DNA of 64,000 nucleotides from positions 1,904-65,903 of the forward strand of contig JAOAFA010000050.1 in assembly GCA_026416535.1 (NCBI GenBank), read 5' to 3'. A program made the translations under genes and the position numbers. The stretch is from Deltaproteobacteria bacterium. GTDB taxonomy: Bacteria; Myxococcota; SpSt-1050. The notes beneath the pieces are model-generated. The model did not search any database and was not told where the DNA came from. It saw nothing but the letters and a program-made list of their open reading frames with translations. Below, piece by piece: positions 63,067 through 64,000 of this stretch. Position 1 is the stretch's first letter, and each line of letters opens with the position of its first letter.

Positions 63067-64000
63067 ATGAGTATTCAAGATACTGTTGATAAAATTAGAA
63101 AAGGCGATATAAGAGTTGTAGCAAGGTTTATTAGGAAGATTGATGACGGCGATGAAGATGTATGTGAGGTCCTCAAGGAATTACATAAGTTTTCTGGTCA
63201 TGCCCACATAATTGGTATTACTGGAAACCCGGGATCAGGTAAAAGCACGATCATAAATAACCTGATAAGATTTTACAGAACAAAAAACAAGAAAGTAGGA
63301 GTAGTAGCCGTTGATCCTTCAAGCCCGTTCTCTGGTGGCGCAATACTCGGCGATAGAATAAGGATGCAGGAACACTCAAATGACCCCGAGGTATTTTTAA
63401 GATCCGTGGCAACACGCGGAAACTTGGGTGGACTATCAGCCTCTACATCATCTATTGTAAGAGTGATGGAGGCGATGGGGAAAGATATTATAATAATTGA
63501 AACTGTAGGTGTCGGTCAGGATGAGGTAGATATCATTAAACTTGCACATACGACAATAGTAGTAACTGTTCCTGGTCTTGGAGACGATATTCAGGCTATC
63601 AAAGCTGGGATATTAGAAATAGCAGATATATTTGTGGTGAATAAAGCTGACAAGGAAGGTGTGGAGAAAACCATCAGGGACCTAAGACTAATGCTGGAAC
63701 TCAAAAATAGACAGGAAGGAATGAGAACTCCTCCAATTGTTACTACAAAAGGTATAACAGGAGAAGGAATAGAAATACTTGCAAAAGAGATTGAGGAGCA
63801 CAGAAGTTATATATCTTCATCCAACATAGATAGGTATCTCAACGCAAGAAGAGATTATATTGAATTCGTAGACTTATTGAAATCTAACATAAACCGAAAG
63901 ATTGAGAAGATTATTGAGAGTGAAATAGGTAATAGATCTGAACTTATAAGTAGATTCGAGAACAAAGAGCTCAACCCATACAATCTGGTGGAAAATACAA
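63067..64000 (+). CDS. meaB: Methylmalonyl-CoA-mutase-associated G3E GTPase MeaB/ArgK (3' end runs off the window)
   Basis: Absent from the track because it has no stop in the window. My translation from ATG 63067 gives MSIQDTVDKIRKGDIRVVARFIRKID..., P-loop GITGNPGSGKSTIINNL, VAVDPSSPFSGGAILGDRIRM, IIETVGVGQDEVDI and FVVNKADKEG. Confidence 0.9.
   Translation, partial: MSIQDTVDKIRKGDIRVVARFIRKIDDGDEDVCEVLKELHKFSGHAHIIGITGNPGSGKSTIINNLIRFYRTKNKKVGVVAVDPSSPFSGGAILGDRIRMQEHSNDPEVFLRSVATRGNLGGLSASTSSIVRVMEAMGKDIIIIETVGVGQDEVDIIKLAHTTIVVTVPGLGDDIQAIKAGILEIADIFVVNKADKEGVEKTIRDLRLMLELKNRQEGMRTPPIVTTKGITGEGIEILAKEIEEHRSYISSSNIDRYLNARRDYIEFVDLLKSNINRKIEKIIESEIGNRSELISRFENKELNPYNLVENT

Noticed and set aside
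63067-64000. MeaB GTPase as the missing NifH-like partner of the Nif-like pair
   Set aside because: Its motifs (GNPGSGKST, VGVGQ, NKAD) identify it as a G3E-family metallochaperone GTPase, not a NifH/BchL Fe-protein. It has no cluster-binding Cys pair, lies 10 kb away and is on the other strand.
1-64000. CRISPR arrays, prophage, integrons, toxin-antitoxin pairs or known defence systems
   Set aside because: Reading all intergenic regions, I saw no direct-repeat/spacer periodicity. I also saw no cas, integrase, phage structural, restriction or abortive-infection-type ORFs. The only mobile DNA is the three dead IS relics.

Overview
This is a visibly AT-rich, densely coding bacterial chromosomal segment. 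It holds about 50 protein genes, one tRNA and three decayed IS relics. I saw no rRNA, CRISPR array, intact mobile element, prophage or recognisable defence island. The gene content points to a Gram-negative organism with a Myxococcota or 'delta-proteobacterial' flavour; this is inference from domain combinations, not a taxonomic result.

Gene order:
- lon (runs off the 5' edge), rve-type IS relic, uvrD-like helicase, IS1595 relic.
- Molybdenum-hydroxylase operon in L-S-M order.
- Minus-strand operon hslV-hslU-hsp70-purSL-purQ.
- Secreted NPP-type phosphodiesterase.
- Operon: ceramidase-like, esterase, DUF58, BatA-like, small orphan.
- GT39 membrane glycosyltransferase, then tRNA-Val(CAC).
- surA-like, rimI, pyrK, pyrD, rfaE1, rfaE2, GT2.
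- Lipoprotein and NDP-sugar dehydrogenase.
- Tat-signal AmmeMemoRadiSam radical-SAM enzyme, head-to-head with a 5'-nucleotidase.
- XRE-pilMNOPQ plus two unknown distal genes.
- Seven-gene operon: PilZ, Memo, J-domain protein, CapA, DUF374 and two nitrogenase-component-1-like proteins.
- IS256 relic, CRTAC1-like FG-GAP protein, alpha/beta hydrolase, TSUP transporter, meaB (runs off the 3' edge).

The ORF track extends each ORF to the most upstream ATG, GTG or TTG. I reset several starts where an ATG with a GGAGG-like Shine-Dalgarno (SD) is visible.

Best candidates for something new:
1. An orphan, cysteine-depleted nitrogenase/DPOR-like heterodimer with no NifH-like partner, at the end of an odd seven-gene operon.
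2. An esterase whose alpha/beta-hydrolase motifs occur in circularly permuted order, inside a ceramidase/DUF58/BatA operon that lacks MoxR.
3. Two unknown envelope proteins translationally coupled to pilQ.

All family calls come from by-eye motif recognition. No database search was run.
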